A DNA stretch of 63,139 bases, filler included, from Reticulomyxa filosa (GCA_000512085.1; 15 parts of 15 records of this genome joined end to end with filler, not necessarily neighbours in it); one strand, 5' to 3'; counted from the whole stretch's first letter, positions 23,876 through 37,391 are shown. A program made the numbers and translations. Notes: a model not told the origin generated them from the letters alone.

Positions 23876-25940
23876 CTTTTTCCACTGTTGCTTCTTTTTT
23901 TCCATTAATTGCATCTTTTTAATTTACTCTTTCATTTGTCTTTTTTTTTTTTTTTTAATGCCATGTTTCTAACAACGAATATGGAATAATCACTTTTATT
24001 TGCTTGTTAGGTGTGTACATTTCGATCATCTTTTTTTTTTTTACATTTGTCATTTTTATTGTTATTATGGATTTGGTATTGATATTATTGATGGCATTTC
24101 GTGGATATTGCCGTTGAGTAATGGTATTCCAGTTTCCATTTTGCTGTTCCTGTAAGTGGCTCCTTCATGATGATGATGTGTTGTTCCGCACGCGTAGACC
24201 AAGTATTTGATGCAAGATTGCATCACAGAGAGTCGTCCGTGCCACCAGTCCTGCAAGAGAATTCGTCCACTCATGTGGACAAGTAAAAGGCGACGACTCC
24301 ACACGACGCGGCTTATCTATGATCAGCCATGTGGCTTGTGTCAATAGGTATTGACGCGCTTAGGGGTGCATTGCATCCCACAATTAAGTGGTCTACAATT
24401 TATTGATTAGTGGAGGATCTGCAAGCAACCACTAGCATTGTGGGATCGCTTGCAATCCTCAAAAGTGGCCAACTAACAACACTGAAGACTTACGGCCGTC
24501 ACGGCGCCGATGCTCCGATTGTCCCAGTTTTGTATAAATCTTTTCAAACTTCATTTTTTTCTTTATGTTGTTTCCATTTCATCACATCATCACATCATCA
24601 CATTATCACACCATCACACTTACGGCTTTGTTTATTTGAATAGTTGATAAATATTCGAATATGTCCAAGATTCCTGATCCCTCATTGCTGCATCCCTTTT
24701 TATTTTTTTTATTTTTCTTGAATTTTGATTATATTTAATTATAATTAATTTTTTAATTAAATTAATAATGATAATGATAATTATCTTCTTATCTTCAGCA
24801 TTTTCCTATTCATATAAAATTTCATACTTGATTCATTTTTGAGATTGCAAAATGGCCCTGAGCGTTCATAACAAAAAATATATACAATTTGCATATTCTT
24901 TTAAATAACTGTATAAACATTTGCTATTGCTATTCAAACCAAACCAATGTTTCAAACTTCCCTTCTTATCTTTCAAATATTTTACTCAAATCAATGAAAA
25001 CAAACACATATATAATACTTACAATGAATACTGCCCATTAAAAGTACGTATATCATTTTACATAGATTACGTGCGCAACGAAATGGTAACATGCTATCTA
25101 TGTAGAAAAAGAGAAATAGTACTTATCTTTAATGATTTGATATTGGCGATCATTTCTGAATAATTCTATACAATATATTACGCAGTTTGCACGTTTGAAA
25201 GTAATTGGATTTGCATGTTCACTGGCATCTCCATCTAAATCTCTTTGTTTAATTTTTTTTTATTTTATTTTTTTAGCGCTATCCATTTGGTTCAGAGACA
25301 GTAATAACACATCCATTGAACAAAGTGGTTGTTATGATCACTTATTTATCAATGTCTTCACTTTTGCCTATGTGGTTTCATTCAATCCAAAAAAAGCATA
25401 TCAAATTCCAACGTCTTTTTCTATTGTGCTCGAACATGTATATACAACAAAACATATACTTTTTGATTTGTTGTCAGCTCCTTCACACACACTGGAGAGA
25501 GCAAATGTATCGCGACACTGCGTCATTTGTTGGCATTTAGGATTGATATTATCGTAATGATTAATAATAATATTTCCTTTTGCTCCATTGTCACTATTGT
25601 TTTGTTGTGACTAAAAATCATGTTGAAAATTATTATCTCGACTTAGATCACTTGCATGAGATAGTGACCAAAACAACAAATCGAGTAACGTTCGAAGCAA
25701 TCAATATTATTGTCACATATCCATGGAAAAGATAATGATCGCCATATTCTAGTCTCTTTTCTTNNNNNNNNNNNNNNNNNNNNNNNNNNNNNNNNNNNNN
25801 NNNNNNNTTAATTAATTAANNNNNNNNNNNNNNNNNNNNNNNNNNNNNNNNNNNNNNNNNNNNAAATAAATATAATAATATATTATTATATTTATTTATT
25901 TTATTATTATTGTTATTATTAAGATTGAATTGGGATTGTT

Positions 25941-26677
25941 TTGGGAAAAAAAAAGGATTTATTGGAAATGATAATTCAATTAAAAGACAAAATCTTACAA
26001 AACCGATCGTCGTTTAGCAAGAGCGTCAGTTCGAATGCGGTCACGTCTCCACCTCCCCCGCCAACGGGGTTGCAATTGGAGCCCATTGCATCTTGCGAAG
26101 AGGAAAATGAAGAGACATTTGGAAGGAGAGACTACGCAGCGCATTCGAATGCAGGAGACGCTCCGAATGACAAGTCATTGGATCAAAAGTCCACTCGCAT
26201 CATTGTCACCAAATATGATGACAGTACTCCATATGTGCAGTCCTTCCACGAGACCACAGATAGCGACACATTGATAGAAACGCCGATGGACCGACCGCAC
26301 AAGGCGGGATCGGATAAGAGCAAAGCTAACAAAGACAAGGATAAAGAAAAAGAAAAAGACAAAGAAAAGGATAAAGAAAAAGAAAAAGAGAAGGATAAAG
26401 AAAAAGAAAAAGATAAAGATAAAGATAAAGACAAAGGGAAAGACAAAGATAGCAATAACAATCGAGGAAAAGAGATTATTTTGGAGGAGCCTTCCCAATG
26501 GGGTCAAAACCGAAGTGCAAGTCCTAGTCCCGCTCCCAATGTCATGCGACACCAATCGCATCCAAACATTGTTCTCATTCCTGCAATGTTGGGTTTAAGT
26601 AAGTTTTTACATTTGCATACATGTATATGTGTATATGTATATGTGTACATATATATATATACGTATATATAAACATA

Positions 26678-26713
<36 letters not shown>

Positions 26714-27912
26714 CAATATGTAGACGAAGACGCACGGATGGGACTGGAGACAATATCTTCATTAGACCTAACTGATCGAATGATGAGCAAGAACTTAGGG
26801 GTGGGCGCGACAGCAACGGCGCATACGATGAAAAGCTATTCGATGGACGGCCTGCGCGTACCTGCGCACAGCACGCACGACAGTGCGTTTGACAGTGTGG
26901 ACTTGGAAGTGCGAGCGCTGGACGTGCTTTACAACGAAGCGTCGCTGACGCGACTTAGTCACGAGTCCACGCTCAGCAAGACCAGCAATGGCCCAGCGGC
27001 CGCAGGCGATAATGAGCACGACAATGACGGCGAAAGCAGTACGCGGAACTTGGGCGGAATGGTTCATTTCCGAAGCAAGTCCAAACTCTTGGAGAATAAG
27101 CGCACGTTGCCTTATTTCAAAACCACTGGAGGGGTTGTCGTGGATCCCACCGTCTCACCGTTGTCCACCATTGATGAAAAGAAGCGCTTGGAGAGCTTGG
27201 AAGACAAAACGAAACATAAAAATGCAAACAACTTTTTGAGAACTTTTCTCAAACGTCCAATTTCAATTCCTTTGGATACGCCAGTTATCAGCCGCGAATG
27301 AGTCTTTTGTCGACCAAGCATGCCCATGGCAATACAAACTCGCATAAAATGAGTGCTGATCAAAAAAATTTGCATCGAAATATTTTATTATTACATAGAT
27401 TTATCACGTTTCGTTATATACATATACATATACATATACGTATACATACATATATATGTATATGTGCATGTTTGCATGTTATATTATGTATTTGGGATAA
27501 GGATTGGAAGCATTCGACCCGATGAAAAAATCAAGTCGAATATTGTGGACTTGGTGAAATTTGGACAATGGCTCGAAGAAAAGCTGTTCCAAGACTCGAC
27601 CGAAGCGCTCAAGAAAGCGACGAAACTGTGGGAATTGGTCGATCTTAGCAAAAGCAATATGCTGCAAATGAACGATGTAAAAACGCTGGTCGAACATTGT
27701 CTATGTGACTATGTCGAGTCCGAACATAAAATCGACGCCCGAGATATGGTTGTTATTGACGTGGAGCGCGCCATTGAGCAAATCATTTTTCACATCACCC
27801 CTTATGTGTACGAAGCACATAATATCACCAACAGCATCGACAATGCCACACCGTCCAATTCCTTGCAATTTTCTTTTCAAGATTTTTGCAAACTCGGATT
27901 GTGGTTGCAAGA
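25941..27912 (+). CDS. Hypothetical low-complexity protein (KD/KE repeat, possible degenerate EF-hand), partial, multi-exon
   Basis: Successive GC-richer ORFs separated by (TA/TG)n introns; WELVDLSKSNMLQMNDVK EF-hand-like loop. Confidence 0.55.
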
Positions 27913-28034
27913 TGTTTTGTTTTGTTTTGTGTGTNNNNNNNNNNNNNNNNNNNNNNNNNNNNNNNNNNNNNNNNNNNNTTAATTAATTAANNNNNNNNNN
28001 NNNNNNNNNNNNNNNNNNNNNNNNNNNNNNNNNN

Positions 28035-29035
28035 TTTCGATTTGGTATTCGTTGGTAGCATTACTCAACAAAACTTTTGGATAGCGGAGCGATCTTTGTT
28101 TTCGTGACAATCGCAGCGAAGACAAAAACAATTATGTCTATGCTAAACTGATCGTGTTGTACTCCAAGAAACAGTCCAGAATTTTTTCCATACGCAACAC
28201 AAAATGAGGATGTCGCAAATGGCCTTTTGAAGTGGAAAATTTAGGTGTTATATTCACTAATCTGACGAAGATAACGATTAAGGAATTTGGTTGGATATGA
28301 ACACGACCTTTTTTGATCGTATAAATTTTACTATTGTTATATTAGCATATATACATATACACACTATGTTTGCCATCATTAATTAGAACCAATCAAACAA
28401 TTCTTATGACATACAAATAACATCAATTGTACAATACAAAACTGGAACTCGCTTTTTCTTCAGATCCAAGTCGTTGGCCAGTTGTCCGAGTGGATGAGCG
28501 TTGGCACGGTGACATTGCAAGGCAGCAATTGTCGGACGTATTAATGCTTTCGTCCAACAGGGATATTGTGTAATAATATGTTGGCGTTTTAAAGGGATCA
28601 ATACATCTGTTGCAAGTACCTTATTTACATCCCCCTTCCACCCTTCACCCTTCCACCCCTTCCACATTCCCCCCATTCACCCTTACCCAACTTCCTTCCC
28701 CTTACCACATATTCAATGCTTTTTTTTTAAAAATTTATCAAAAATTATAAAAAAAAAATTCAAACATACCAAAGTGACAATATTCACTGCATCGATTGCA
28801 ACATTCCAATACTTTGTGGAACCGTGACAATGCATCAGTGCAAAAATATTTGTAACAAAGGATTGGGTCTTGAATGCGAGATTGCCACAGTACAGTACAA
28901 GCATATCTGATGGTAAATCCACACGACCGGCAAGGCCCACTGTGACAAAGACTATACAGTATGACGGTACATTGCAATGGCTGTTGCAGATCTCACTACA
29001 CGATCCTGGAAACGGCAAGTGCTGGTTTTTCACAG
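28035..29035 (-). pseudogene. NF-X1-type zinc-finger gene remnant
   Basis: Frames give GSCSEICNSHC, LCHSGPCRSC and spliced YCHFG|TCNRC (CHxGxCxxC repeats), later HPHFVLRMEKILDCFL; frameshifts and stops. Confidence 0.45.
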
Positions 29036-29300
29036 NNNNNNNNNNNNNNNNNNNNNNNNNNNNNNNNNNNNNNNNNNNNTTAATTAATTAANNNNNNNNN
29101 NNNNNNNNNNNNNNNNNNNNNNNNNNNNNNNNNNNAATAATGCTGAAACTATGATTAAAGAATTTTGATTTTAATTTTAAGTTTTGAACCTGTTTTGACT
29201 AAAATGTCAATGCAAAAGCAGGAGTTTTGTCAGCTTTTTAAAGAAAATTTTGTGAAATGAATATCGTTGAAAAGTAATAAATTTTAAAAAACAAGAAAAG

Positions 29301-29700
29301 ATGAACAGAGTATATGACGAGAAAATTCCAAAAAAACGCAAACTGGCATGACTACATTGTCCTTTGAGCAGTCTTGCTTCGATAAAGATTGGATATTACA
29401 ACTGAACCAATCAGAGCAAATTTAATAGTTTATTTGTTTAATTTGCAAGCAAATTGCCAACAATCTTATTGAAATAGATTGTGTACAACATAAAGACATG
29501 AATGTATCACCTATTGCCAACGATAATTGCTTGAAGCAGTTTTTAAATGCTAGTCCTAATTCATGCAATATTCAACCTCACGATAGTTGTATGTATGCTC
29601 AAACCAAAATTGCAAAGCAATTTATTGATAATCTGAAAGTAGCATGTCCACTACAATTTCAACATTGACTCAGACATCTACTCAAGGAAAATAACAAACA
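29301..29700 (+). pseudogene. RING-like/TRAF-type N-terminal zinc domain pseudogene
   Basis: [29 protein letters not shown]...NCLKQFLNASPNSCNIQPHDSC...LKVACPLQFQH*; in-frame TAA TAG. Confidence 0.75.
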
Positions 29701-29775
29701 GTAGAAGATAATGATAGTCTTTTTTCGCTAAATTCGTGTAGTGTGATAGCTTTGTCAAGAAAATAATAAATAATA

Positions 29776-30385
29776 CAACATGATGATAATTGATTTTCTC
29801 CATGAAAAATCAACATTTAGACCTAATTTTTATTTTATTTTAAAAAAAATATCTACAAATCTTGTAGTTTTTATATTTTAATTTTATTTTTTTATTTTTT
29901 ATTAGCGTCCTTTTTTTTGTTGTGGTATCTTTAATTGTTTTTGATATTTTTCATAACTAGAAAGACTGGATCCGTCATGTCTGAAAAAATTCCTAGGTAA
30001 AATTGTTAGGTGACTTGTTTCTGGAAAGTGTGAAACAGCAAAAGATGTAAAAAAGGAATAGATAATGATAATGAAACTAAAGTTTAGTATGCAACAGTAA
30101 CAAGAACTCTTAAAAGAAATAGTTTAATTGCTATCATCAAGAAGAAGAAGCCAAATTTGGAAGAAAATCATATTAATGCAAGACTTGAATTTGCCAACGA
30201 ACACAAAAGTTAGACAGTATATGATTGAAAAAAAGTTATGTTTTCAAATGAAACAAAGATTAATTTATGTGGTAGTGATAGCATCAAATATGAGTAGAAA
30301 AGACCAAATCAAGACTTATGAGATCGTTGCATAATTAAAAGATCAAGGTTTGGTGGATGCAGTATCATGGTGTGTGCATGCAGCA
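29776..30385 (+). mobile_element. Tc1-family transposon, left TIR plus decayed N-terminal half of the transposase
   Basis: TA|CAAC end; frame TVTRTLKRNSL...KKKKPNLEENHINARLEFANEHKS*TVYD*KKVMFSNETKINLCGSDS...RFGGCSIMVCAC matches Tc1 KKPLL..H..RL.FA..H..W...W..V.FSDE...GG.S.MVWGC. Confidence 0.85.
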
Positions 30386-30414
30386 AGCTTTTTCATTTAT
30401 TTAGGAAGTTCTTG

Positions 30415-31685
30415 TCATCCCCAGAGCCTAATTGTTCTATCTCTGGAAGATGATACAATTGTATAATCATCTGATGAAACATCCACTCCCAATATGCCTT
30501 CTACATGTCCTTCCAACTTCTGTATTTCTTGTCCTAATTGCACATCCCATAATCGGATAGTTTTATCGTCTGAACATGATACAATAGTTTGACCGTCTGA
30601 AAAGAATTTAATGCCCCATACGGCATCTAAATGACCTTCTAGTTTTTTCACTTCTTTTCCTAATCGCACGTCCCATATTCTGATAGTTTTATCATTTGAG
30701 CACGATGCAATAAACCGACCATCTGGAGAAAATTGTGCCATTAGCACTGAACCAGAATGTCCTTTCAATTTATTAATTTTGTCACGTAATGTAACGCTCC
30801 ATAAAATAATTTTACTGCCTTTGGAACAACACACTAGCATTTGATTATCTGGTGAAAATTGTGTGTCGGTCACATAATCTGGATAACATGACAAAGTTTG
30901 TATCTGTTTTCCAGATTTAACATCCCATAATCTGATTGTTTGATCACCCGATGTTGACACAAGATTTATACCATTTGGTGAAAAATTTACGCTCCATACT
31001 GAATATGAATGTCCTTTCAATATTTTTTCTTTTTCTCCCGACTTCACGTTCCACAATTGAATCGTTGCGTCCTGTGAGCATGATACAATAGTACGTCCAT
31101 CTGGAGAAAATTGTGCACTGTTAATCAAATAATAATTGCTCTTGAGCTGTTGGATTTCTTTTCCCAATACAATATCCCATATTCGAATTGTTTTATCATC
31201 TGATGACGAAATGACTTTTTGACTGTCAGGTGAAAATTTTGCGCTCCTTACCATATCGGAATGACCTTGCAAAATTTGCAATTGTTTAAAATATTTAGCC
31301 TATATTGCGTGCCGTGACAAAGATAAATAGAATTTTTTTCAAAAAAAAAAGTAAGTACAATATATAAATCTGCTTAACATATCTTGCGACGATTTTATTA
31401 AAATCATTGATCCACCCCAGTTTAACATTTGACTGTCGAAGCCAATGTGCTAACATTACTTTGACTGTTTTTTCTGTCTTTTTTAAAACTTTTTATAAAT
31501 AACTTGTTTAAAGCACGCCAACACAAATGTCTTTACAGAAAAAGTTTTACCGAATGTGGCATTATTTGTATTGTTTGGCTTCCATGTTTTCGTTTTCTGT
31601 TCTTTTTTTCGTTGACAACGATATCCCTCCTCTGTGACTTGCTTCTATCAAAGGGGATATCAATAGTATTTCCATCCATGTTCAT
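30415..31685 (-). CDS. WD40 repeat protein (7 blades) with N-terminal HWxR/GWI module; exons 31685-~31537, 31477-31379, 31299-30415
   Basis: Repeats GH...V....FSPDG..IVSCS.DKTIR.WD; exon 2 TEKTVKVMLAHWLRQSNVKLGWINDFNKIVARY. Confidence 0.92.
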
Positions 31686-31964
31686 TTTCTTTTGTAGGAA
31701 AGCACAATACTTGAGTGATGAACTTTTGAAATCTTATTTTCTAAAATTGTGAAGATAATCCTAAAACTTCGAAATAAAATTTGATTTGCGTAAACACCTG
31801 AAAAAAATTGCAAAAGCAAAATCTTAAGAAAACAAAAGTGAAACAAGTAATAAATTCATTTGCATTTTACCAACAAATTAGCTTTTCCAACCTTGAGGTC
31901 ATCCGACAATAAAATAAACAAAACAACTTTACAATGCATTTCAAATGTAAATGCAAAATATGCT

Positions 31965-32760
31965 TCACAAATCAAATTCACTTACAAGTTTTTTAATTTT
32001 AATATTACTTTTTGTATCTTGATTATTTTTACAAAAATTTTGAGAATAAATCGACAATGCATTTTCATAACACTTCTTTGCTTCCATTTTGTTTCCTAAA
32101 ATATCATATGAATCACCCACGTCTGGATGATTAAAATCCAATTTCTTCAATCTCAAGTTCAATGATTTCTTTCCATCGCTTTACATATTCTTGTTTATCG
32201 TGATAAATAATTGCCAAATTTTTGTATGAAAAAGAAACTTCAGGGTGATCAGGTCCCAATTTATCCAATCTAATTTTTAATGATTTATTACAATATTCAA
32301 TTGCTTTATCGCATTTTTCTTTCTCTCCATAAACAAATCCCAAGCGGCAACATAGGGATGATTAGATCCCAATTTATCTAACAAATTTTCAATGATTTTC
32401 CATGATTTTGTAGGGGAAGTCCCTATTATAAATCCCCAACTACTAACGGAACGGTGGGACCCCCATTGGGTTAAAACTCTCTTCTCAACACAACTCACTT
32501 TTCTCTCGTTTGTACTTGTTTCTTTCATTTTAGTTGTTATTATTCTTTTTTAATTTACTTTCTTTTACTGAAGTTGTTTTTTGGAACTAAGTTTCTTTCG
32601 TATTACACTTAGTCTTCTCACAAATCCCACAATTTTTAATTGCCTTGTTGATCAAATTCCTCGCGAATTGTATCGGAAGTTGCTGAAACTTTGGAAATGT
32701 TTGAAATGTATATTTTTAATCCAATGTACTGACAATTCATTTGATACATTCGCAAAAAAA
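31965..32760 (-). pseudogene. TPR-repeat (kinesin-light-chain type) gene remnant interrupted by an LTR-like insertion
   Basis: KAIEYCNKSLKIRLDKLGPDHPEVSFSYKNLA, LKKLDFNHPDVGDSY, KCYENALSIY lie in different frames. Confidence 0.8.
32409..32631. mobile_element. Solo-LTR-like element, copy 2 (223 bp)
   Basis: Starts TGTAGG, ends CCCACA, 4-bp TSD ATTT (32405-32408 and 32632-32635); shares caacacaactcactttt and ttggaactaagtt.ctttcgtattacacttagtc.tctca with copy 1. Confidence 0.8.
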
Positions 32761-35700
32761 AATTTGTCAAATTCAATTCATTGCTGGACACAACACAATT
32801 TTTTTTTTTGCTTTAAAATAATTCAGACTTTTTTTTCTGCATTCTGAGGACTAATGAAACTTCCAGTTTCAAAGAAAGTTGAAAAACAGATTGGCAAAAA
32901 CTCAAACACTTGTTTTGAAACAGCAATCCTCACAACCAGCTTGGCAAACAGTTTATTGAGGTCATTAATTCATATAACCTACCAAAGCAACACTGTCCTG
33001 GCTTTTCGCAAGTGCTGCTCACAAAGAGGCACTGGATATCTCAAAACGTGCTTACATTTGCCTTTTATTTTTGTTCTCTTGAATGCAGCTGAATTTTTAT
33101 TTATGTCAGTAAATTATGCAAAGTGTTTTTTGTCGGCGTCGACGTTTTTGTGCAAAGGCTTTTGAATATTGCACACCAGAGAAAAAATCCAATGTATGAA
33201 TAGCACTCGTCATTTTGATGTTCTCTTTGTTCCATTTCCATTGTATCTGTTGCGTTGTAACAGGGTTTACACGTTGTTTGGTAACTCAACTGACACAAAA
33301 AAAGTCAGTGCCGTTGTCTTTTTAATTGTGTGAATTGTTTTTTTCATTTGTTCTATTTTGATATTTGTAAAATGTGTAAGAAATTTATTTCTATTTGACA
33401 ATTGATCGCATCTTAGAGGGGACCAGAATGTAGAAAAAAATTCTTTCCACATAACTAATAAAAGCTAGAAAGTACATTATTCATCCTTCCAAAGGCAAAA
33501 TGTTGTAATGACAGTTAAAATAAGAATTTCGCAACATGAAATAAGTCAGTAGTTTGTTTTTTTTGGTAAATAAAAAATTTGTTGGGTTTTTTTCGTTGGA
33601 AACAAGAAATTTATTCAGTTTTGATCGCTTCGCGAATTCGCAACTCTAAAAAAAAGACACATCATTTTTTAATAAGAAAATACAATTATTTTAAAATATT
33701 TTGATGTAGGTCATTCTGTGTTACAGAAAAAAAATGGTACAAAAAGACATTTTCTTTCATGTACTGACCTTTATTTTTGGAACGTTACTGACCGAGTGTT
33801 AGTCAATTTGTTAACATCCAGTTATCAACCGTTCCAAACATGTTTTTTTCTACAAAAAAGAAATGTACTAACTTTGTAGTATAGCAACCATTGACAAATT
33901 TCTATCCTCTTGTTATGAAAATAAATGAAAAATTTTTTGTTGTGGGGTCCTAGCAAAAAATCAACTCATTTTGATACACTTTTAAATATCAGTTAACATT
34001 TAAAAAAAATAATCAAGCAAATGATTATATCAACACCACTATTATCTAACTCGTATTGCTTAATTAAAAAAAGGAGCGATTTTAAACTGAATGACTTAGA
34101 TGCTATGTATAACACTTAGTTAGATTTATTTTTGATATTTTTGATGATATTGCTGGTTACATTTGTCAAACTAACATTCAAATAATATTAATTCATCCAT
34201 TCCACATATAAAATGACTTCTCATTTGTAAATTATGTTTTATATATTGTATCTCTTGTTTGAAAGTGATTGAATATGGATTCAATGGCTCTTTNNNNNNN
34301 NNNNNNNNNNNNNNNNNNNNNNNNNNNNNNNNNNNNNTTAATTAATTAANNNNNNNNNNNNNNNNNNNNNNNNNNNNNNNNNNNNNNNNNNNNCACATTT
34401 ACTCGAATTATATCAATGATATCAGCTGACAGTCTAACAACTAAAGTTTAAAAATATTGTGTTTCTATTTATTTATGAATAAAAAAAAAAATAAAAAATA
34501 TATATAAATTAGATTGAAAGTAAATCTATAGAATGTTATTGGCATAATATGAATGATATTAAAAAATATTAATACTATTGTATCTTTTGGAGACAAGCGT
34601 ATTAAGTTAAATAATTCTTTTTAATAAAAATAAAAAAAATAAAAAAATAATAATCATTTACATAATAAATAGAATTCATTTCCTGATCTATAAGGTGCAA
34701 TTTTAGTTATCAACTTTACTTTGCATTCTACTGTACATCATACAATCATATACATTACACTTTTTATAATATTTTCTTTGTTTTTTTAAATAATAAAATG
34801 TTGCAGTTACTTACCAATGAAATTTATGTTATGAACAATTTTTCAAATTGATAATTGAAAAAGAATATACAAAAAAATAGTTAAAATTCCTTTCGTTGTA
34901 TCAGTTTTGTTGATGAAATAATAACATCTGCTAAGTTGGATATCAAACAAAATAAAACAAAAGTTTGACCAAAGTTTCTTCATTGTCACAAAAATTTAAA
35001 GAATTGAATTTATTACAAATATTCACAATAACAATCGTGTTCAGAAAATCAATTTTTGAATTGAATCTTTGAACAATCATTATTCTTGTTTTCAAAAGTG
35101 TAAGAACCAGTTAAGAGAGAGAAAAATAATACAAATCAATACAACAGTCACCTTTACAGTCATACCCAGACTAATAGACAAACCTGAAATCAATTCCACA
35201 GTTGTTCTTTTTTCTTTTTACAACAACTGTTAGAATTTGTTTTCAAAATCTTTGAAAATATCGCAATTGAAAACTTAAGATTGCCTAATTCAAATCTTCC
35301 AATAGAAATTTGATTTAGATTTCAATCAAAAGAAACATTGAATTCAATATTTTAAAAAGTATTCAAAAATACGTATCACTCAAATGATTCATCAATGATA
35401 ACATAGTTTATATTGATATTGTCAACATTTTGAAATATTTTAAGATTAAATGATTTGTTTTAATATTTACTGAACAACACATATGCACTTGTGTTGCACT
35501 TGGAAAAAATATTGGGTCAAAATATTCATTTAATATCATAATTACGACAATATTGAACAGAAAATGAAAGCGATAAATGTAAAAAAAATATTTCATATTA
35601 TTTATAACACCAAATGTTTCCATGACACTATCGAAAAACTTTAGACTCTGTCAATACGCAAAAAAAAGATAATGTAAAATAAAATGAGCAATAATTGTTG

Positions 35701-36108
35701 CAATGTATGAAAAAAAATTTTTATTACAAATACAAACGAATCAAAACCAAAAATGTAACAAATTTGCCATCCAAAAAAGTACAATTTATTCTGATGATTG
35801 AAAGCCACAATTAACAAAATATAAAAAACATTACATTATGTAATTATTCTTTAATGCAAAAGATGTTATAAAGTATTTTGTAAAAATTTAAAAAAAGTGC
35901 TGTTCATGTAAAATTAAAATGGTATATATGTAAAAGCTTTTTCTGTACACGATTAATTATGATTAATATTAAAAAAAATAAAAATATGTAAATGAAATGC
36001 CCTTGATANNNNNNNNNNNNNNNNNNNNNNNNNNNNNNNNNNNNNNNNNNNNTTAATTAATTAANNNNNNNNNNNNNNNNNNNNNNNNNNNNNNNNNNNN
36101 NNNNNNNN

Positions 36109-36202
36109 CGTCTGAGAAGCTACGATAACCTAACACACGAGTGCATGCACGCGATTGCAAAATCGATGGTATGTGACGCACACTAAATGTACGACGGAAC
36201 AT
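36109..36202 (-). CDS. 5' end of a gene with a mitochondrial-type presequence (truncated by contig end)
   Basis: MFRRTFSVRHIPSILQSRACTRVLGYRSFSD: Arg/Ser-rich, no acidic residue until the last position. Confidence 0.5.
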
Positions 36203-37391
36203 TTCAATCACAACACAGTTTGAGGACAAATCAACCCCTTTCTTGACTATCTTATTCTTTCCAGTATTGTTAAAATTCAAGCCACATTTAAAGTTATCAA
36301 AATCCAACATTATTTCTTTTTCCTATTTTGTTTTAATAAGATTGCCATCAAATTGTTTTATCTTCCTACGCCTTACGTATATGACCCGATTTCGTTTCAT
36401 TTAAAATACACTGAAATAAAAACGAACGCTTACCAAAACAACGCATAACAAAGATGAATAGTTTCATCATTCTTTCTTACTTAATCACCACTCTTGTTAT
36501 TGCTTTACAATCACGAAAAATCTACACAAAACACAATATACAATTTAGATGCTCTGATGACATTACGACTTTTATTGTCATCATTGTTGGCCTCTTCTTC
36601 ATTCTCATCTTTTTCGCCATTTCATTCGTATCTTTTTTTTAACTCTTGTTTCATTATTCATATTTTTCTCATTTTCTTGTTCCTCCTTTTCTTTTTCTTT
36701 ATCGTCTTCTTTCTTTCTGTTATACGTATTCTTTTTGTCATCTACTCCACATGACGGTAAGAGGATACTACTCGAAGTCCTTTTTGCGAATAGTGGCAAG
36801 AATCAATTCCTAATTTCCCACAGTCTTACGCGTGGCTCTTTTGAGCACTTATTGTTTATTTTTTCTGGCACCAACTCTAAATAATAGAAGAGAGCAAAAT
36901 CAAGTCTATCTGCATATTTTCTACTTCCTTTTAGATTCGAAATATTAAAGTCCAAAAATTTTTTACGATGAACAAAATTTAATTAAGATATCAGGTGATC
37001 TGGAGGGAGGACATTAAAATTATCATTAAAAAAATTAAAAAGAAACCACACTTCATCAAAAGACAAATTTTTAATCAAAAAATTTGGCAAGTGTTAAATA
37101 CTTGCAATGAAATATGCACCAAATTGGCACTATTTGAAGTTCACATTATCGCTTACTGGTACCGCAACCAATTTCTCGATAGAAAGGTATTGTATTCTTT
37201 GGAGACCTATGTTATATACGTAGTATTGATCATATATGTTTCAATCACATCATAAAAAAACATTATNNNNNNNNNNNNNNNNNNNNNNNNNNNNNNNNNN
37301 NNNNNNNNNNTTAATTAATTAANNNNNNNNNNNNNNNNNNNNNNNNNNNNNNNNNNNNNNNNNNNNATACAAATACAAATGTGAAACAAAG

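Noticed and set aside
26504-26816. ORFs of YI/YT repeats (also 12305-12903, 42370-42802)
   Set aside because: Translations of intronic (TA/CA/TG)n microsatellites
996-30385. Stop-codon reassignment or readthrough suggested by in-frame TAA/TAG/TGA in several protein-like frames
   Set aside because: Conserved genes (OTC, kinases, ALG5, WD40s) have no in-frame stops within exons, and all three stop codons are used as terminators. Most interrupted frames also carry frameshifts, so they are pseudogenes.
32935-32985. Third copy of the GWIxDFNK module (GI*INDLNKLFAK on the minus strand); also IIAYWYR near 37150
   Set aside because: Only partial matches, lacking the other half of the motif and exon boundaries
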